Origin: Zygnema circumcarinatum SAG 698-1b
Taxonomy: Eukaryota; Plantae; Zygnematophyceae
DNA length: 64,000 nt
NCBI GenBank assembly: GCA_037447605.1
Contig: CM074814.1
Location: 2,356,001 to 2,420,000 of the forward strand
Reading direction: 5' to 3'
The notes beneath the pieces are model-generated. The model worked only from the letters and a program-made list of their open reading frames with translations, searched no databases and was not told the origin of the DNA. Position 1 is the first letter of the stretch; the number at the start of each line of letters is the position of its first letter. The position numbers and the translations under genes are program-made. Shown one piece after another: positions 59,220 to 64,000 of this stretch.

Positions 59220-62200
59220 ACTCTCTCTCTCTCTCTTCCTCTCTCTTTTTCCCCACCTGTTGCCCAATCACTTGGAGGCAATTGAGTTTCCGCAACGATA
59301 GCTTTCCCTTGGAGTTCCGTACCAACAGGAAATCCGTTGTGGGGACCGGGTGACGGAACGCGGGAGCATGGAACAGGTTTGTTTCTAAACTGCTTTGAGC
59401 CGTTCCCGGCTTTACATCTCCCAAGAAGGGAGAGTCATCCTCCGGCTCTAAGGGCATCTGAAGTCCACTCCAAGGCTCATCCCTAAGAGAAGCTGCTCCT
59501 GAATCCGTGCTACTTTGCTTGCGATAAAAGGTAGCAAGGCGAGCTCCCATTCCTATGTTACTAAGAAGGAGAGGTCTCTCTTCAGAATATCTGCATAAAG
59601 GTGCACATATGAAGGTGAATTGGCTTCCTTACTTCGCGTTTGTGTTTGTTTGTTTGTTTGACGAGTTTTAGGGTTTCCAGGCATTTCAGGGATTTCGGAA
59701 TCATTCTAGAAGGAAAGAGGTCGCATTTGGTGGAACAAGTGAATGAATCACTGCTCATTTTTCACATGACTTTGCAGCATTTCATGATGATTAGAAAGAA
59801 CCGAGAAAAAGTCGAAGGACCGAAACCCTTTGAAGGTTCAAAACACGGGTTTTCATTTCGATATTCACGCAAGAAATCGTCAACAGGGAAAGGGCAGAAG
59901 GGAAGGATTCTTACTCGACTAAAACCACGTGCCCGTCCTGTACGGAAAGCTCCGTTTTTTTTTTAAAGGCTCCCGGAGGTCTGCGTGGTTTGTTTTCTCC
60001 GGGCAATTTTTGGGCTTTTGGCCACAAATGCACCTTTGTTCTCACCAAATGCAGAACTGAATTCGGGGGAACTCTCTGCTCGGCCAAACTTTTCCCTTCC
60101 TGCAATTCTCTTCCGGCATGTAAAAATTTCACCTTCTCCGAACCCTTCAGATCTGCATACCCAAATACACGCGCCTTGGTCGGCCTTAACCAAACTAAAA
60201 TATCTCACACAAACCACGCATATGCTAAACATGAAAACCCCAAAAACCCCAAAAACCCCAAAAACCCCAAAAAGCCCCAAAACCCCAAAAGCCCCAAAAG
60301 CCCCAAAAACCCCAAAAACCCCCAAAACCCCAAAAACCCCAAAAACCCCCAAAACCCTAAAAGCCCCAAAAACCCCAAAAACTCCAAAAACCCCAAAAAG
60401 CCTCCGGGAAGAGGAGAGCAGCGATCCAAGGTATCATTACCTCCGAGTTTCTTTGCGCTCTTCGCGCGTAGAACTGAGATAGAATCTGTTCCGTTCACAT
60501 GGAGCTTGATATTCTTCCCGTATAGCGTCTTCAGAATAATCTTCATATTCTTGCTCCGCCCCCCCCCTTCCAACTGGCCCTGAGCTTTGGCTGCCACCTC
60601 ATTGTGGTGCGGATACCATGCAGCTCTTGGGCGGTGGAAGTAGGCAATATCCTTGCTGCGCGCACACACAGAGAGGGAAAGGGAGAGGGAGGGGGAGTGG
60701 GAGAGGGAGAGGGACGGTAGCTAGCTGGTTAGCATGTGGTTGAGAAAGAGGAGGGGATGGAGAGAGGAGAGGGGGGGTTGAGGTGGGAAGGGAGGCAATG
60801 GCGGAGACAACTGGGCAGGGAGAGAAGTGGGAGTGAGAGAGGACGAGGGGGGGAAGGGGGCATGGAGGGTTGGAACGGAAGAGAAAGAGCGAAGAGAGAA
60901 GGCCGGCGAAAGATGGAGAGGGGATGGGAGGGGAGGAGAGGGCGAAAGGGAGTGGCAAAGGGAATTGGACATGGAAGGCAACGAACAGAGGGAAAGGGGA
61001 AAACGGAAGAGAGACAAGAGAAGAGGAAAGGAGAGTCAAGATGAACACAGGAGGGAGAAGGGAGGGCGAGAGAGGGAGAGAGGGCGGGGAGAGAGGAGAG
61101 GAGAGAGTGGCGAGTGAAAGAGAATGAGAGAGAGAGAAGGGGAAGAGTTGGAGGGCGACGAGAGAGGAGGTACGCGCAAGAGGAGAAAACAAAAAGGGAA
61201 AGGCAAGAAGTGGGAGGGGAAGACGGAGGAATGGAATGTGAAAAGGGAAAAAGAGCGGCAGATAGACTGTATTGCACAGATGTCCTATAGGGAGATGGGA
61301 AGGGAGCGGGAGAAAGTGAGAGAGAACGAGAGAGTCAAAGAGGGAGCGGCAGAGGATAAAAGAGCATACTTGCTCAATCTCGGCTTCATTGTCTGCAACC
61401 GAATCGCTGGAAGTGAGTGGTAAATAGCTGGGCGATTGGTCACCCGCTTTTTGGAGTTTATTTTCGTCTGCTTCTTTGCCGCGTAATATTTATCGCAAGA
61501 AAATTCCGCAGGGTTGAACTTGTGCTCACTTTTCTCGGGAGGATGTATGACTCGTGCTACCGCATGTTCCTTCAATCGCTGCCCTAAATCATTGCTAGGA
61601 ACTTCAAATACCATCCTTTCATCACTAAAATCGAATATTACTTTCGGTCGAAAATCCGTTTTATTCGGACAGCTCTCTTCGTCGCGCAGAAGTTCGTTCA
61701 ACCAATTTGGCAAAGGAAGCTCGTCTTCTACTCCTTCAACGTGAGTTATGGCACCGTCTTCTAAACTCCAATTAAGAATCTTCTTCGACAAAATTCCTGT
61801 CACATTATGTTCTGCATTACCCCCCAACTCCCAGTTTTCTAATCGAAGCATTTGGGGATGTCCATCAGTAAAGCCCAAATCCTCTTCCAAAGCTACTTCA
61901 TTTTTTCCTTCCAAAGGTTCCAATAGGAGGGACCTCTCCTGACGCCATCTCTCAGTGGTTTCAAAAGTCGGTTTGGCACTCTCATTCTCCACAAGACTCT
62001 CCTCTTCGGAAAATCTTAAATTAAACCCTAAATTCACTGCCATTTCTTCTGAACTACTTTCCTTCAGCTCCTCTTCCTCCTCCTCCACCACCTCGTTCTC
62101 ATTCCCATTCTCTATCACTTCTGATTCATCTACGTCCTGTTCCGAAAAGGTTGACTTCTCTCTCCTTCTTCTCTCCTCCTCCTCTTTAGAAGTAAAACTA

Positions 62201-64000
62201 CCTGCAGGGCTGCCCCATAAAATTTTGGCCTCCCATTCCTCTTGTGCAAACAAAGAAAAGTGTTCAGGAGGAATCCTCTTAAGCCTTGCCGTGAGATCCT
62301 CTCCCTCCTCTTCCTCCTCCATCTCAGTCTCATCCCTCTTTGGACTCTCCAAAACTCTCCTCACTACCAAAGCCTGCATGGAATGTGGCTCATTCGCAAT
62401 TTCCATAGGAGTTAAGGAAGGAACAGAGCTTGTTTCAACTTCCATTCCCACCACGTCCTCTTCTTTTACTTTTTGGGCCTCCGAATTCACAAGCCTCTCC
62501 TCTTCACTGCTTAAATCTTCACATATATTCTTACAAGTCTGTTGACCCACCTCTATCTTCACCTCCTCGTCTCCTAAACCTCTATCTCTCCCTTCTTCAT
62601 TTCTCTGCTCCACTTGTTCCTCCTTCACTCCCTCCTGTTCCGCTTCTTTCACGTCTTTCCTTTCCTCCTCCAAATCATTCTCTTTTCGTTCCTTTTCTCC
62701 TTTACCACCTACTTCTTCATATTCCTCTTCTTCTTCCTCTTCTTCTTCTTCTTCAGACGTGGTCGTTAAGCAGGCACCCATCTGCTGAGCCGGCATGTTA
62801 TCTGCTGAATCTGGAGGGACCCCAATATAGAGAAGTTCCTCTTCGTCCTCTTCCTCCTCTACCGGCAACTGCAGCAACTCTGATGCCTCAAGGGGTTCAC
62901 TCTTAGCTTCTTCCATGCGAGAGTGAGAGAGGGAGAGAGGGAGAGTGAGGGAGAGCTAGAGAGGAGGGGGGAACTGGGAAGAGAGAGCAGGAAAAGGGGG
63001 AAAAGAGAGGAAGAGGAGGGAGGATGAAGCGTTTGAAAAGGAGAGCATGGAAAACCTTTAAACTGTATGACATAAGACGTGATATATTTGGTCCCTTAAT
63101 GGCCAAAAAGGATCCTGATCTCAGGATGAGAGGAAATGAGGACCTTGATTTCTCACCTGGCAAAAGCCTTCTACGAGGGCGAGGCCGCCGCTGGGCGAGG
63201 GACCAATAGCTGCCATTCACTCCAAAAATTTCGGTAAAGCGGAGAATGTTCTTCCCTCCCTCCTGACAGAGCACAGGCAGCTCAATCTCCTCCTCCGCTT
63301 TCTTCTCCTCTGTCCCCTCGCCCACCTCCTTTCCATGCAACTGGCGATCGTACTCGTCAAACGGAAGGACTCCCTCTATCTTTTCGTCATGTGCCGCTTC
63401 GCCCTCCTGATAGGTCCAAAGCTGATGAGATTGAATGCTCCATAGTCATCAGGGAAAATCATCTTTTCTTGTTTTCTAATAGAAGAGATTGCCTCGAATT
63501 TATTCAAGCATGCGATCTCGATCCTATACCCTCTATACTTCAGCTATCGTTCCTGCAATCAGGAATTCACCGTCCAATTAAGCTGACAAAGTGTAGAGTA
63601 AACGCTCACCTTCAATGCTGCCGCTATTAACTTCTCATATTCCTCCGCCTCCTTCGCTGTAACTTCGGGTTTACTCTCCATGAAGCCACTTTTTGAGGCC
63701 AGTTCTGACGACGTTTCCAATTCTCCAGCTGATCATATTTCACAACAATCGTATTCTTCACCATCATCATCATCACTACTGCAGCTACCACCACCACTCT
63801 CATCATGACACCGCCTCTGATCGACACGATCACCAGTTACTCTATAGAGAAAATTCGTCTAGGAAGAAGATAATACTCTCTTAAATAAAATCATGACATG
63901 GATGAAATGTATTCATAACACTCACCAACAAGACTTGTCGGAAGTGTCAATCCGCCCACTGGTCCCTCTGAAACCGCTGCTCCTTTCTCCTCCTCCTCCT
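49733..64000 (-). CDS. TAF1: TBP-associated factor 1 (plant HAF/HAC13 type), multi-exon; 5' end lies beyond the window
   Basis: LPVLC..ILRFTEIFG; HSLPAIRLQTMKPRLS|KDIAYFHRPRAAWYPH; ubiquitin-like insert; RPPGAFKKKTELSVQDGHV..|YSEERPLLLSNIGMGARL; VSPEEVCCYESMLAG; VTGTDADLRRLSMEAARE|..TRWHRIAMVRKLSSE; Zn knuckle CGACGQ|EGHMRTNRKMCP; C-terminal bromodomain FLHPVS..PDYY..NPM..NAHIY. Confidence 0.93.
53896..55699. repeat. Apparently exact duplicate of 55710-57513 (TAF1 internal exons) across a 10-N gap; probable assembly artefact
   Basis: 1804-bp blocks, identical by eye and in the ORF track, abut the gap at 55700-55709. Confidence 0.85.
60233..60400. repeat. 9-bp tandem repeat (AAAAACCCC)n in a TAF1 intron
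   Basis: About 18 units of AAAAACCCC / AAAAGCCCC. Confidence 0.9.

Noticed and set aside
59963-60669. (KTP)n, (KNP)n and (GFL)n repeat-protein ORFs
   Set aside because: They are frames of the 9-bp intronic repeat; flanking GT-AG sites join the TAF1 exons in frame without it.
1-64000. tRNA, rRNA, snRNA or autonomous transposase/RT genes
   Set aside because: None recognised by eye. tRNAscan-SE, Infernal and TE-protein searches were not run, so small ncRNAs cannot be excluded.

Overview
Eukaryotic nuclear DNA: intron-rich, full of CT/GA microsatellites, with plant-type genes. It most resembles a streptophyte green alga, though that taxon is an inference. In order, the window holds: a 5'-truncated DUF2045/KIAA0930-like gene (+); MBF1c with a perfect heat-shock element and TATA box (+); an intronless atypical alpha-crystallin/Hsp20-domain gene (-); three tandem SUB1/At4g12700-like putative O-fucosyltransferase-fold genes (-; one pseudogene, two apparently intact), interleaved with a Mutator-like element, MITE-like elements and a divergent RPS3 remnant (+); an MSR-like GT106 gene (-); an At4g14100-like secreted protein (+); a putative plastid membrane protein (-); DNAJC8/Spf31 (-) head-to-head with UTP11 (+); LHCB4/CP29 (+); an F-box/PP2 gene and its chimeric degraded duplicate (-); and most of a plant-type TAF1 (-), in which two ~1.8-kb blocks are duplicated next to 10-N gaps (probable assembly artefacts). 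The most interesting signals are a fixed-spacing CCAAT-N9-CCACG composite in three unrelated promoter types, the glycosylation-gene cluster, telomere and microsatellite repeats read as coding sequence, and GTAC-dense patches near gene starts. All gene models and family calls come from manual splicing and recalled motifs; no database searches were run.
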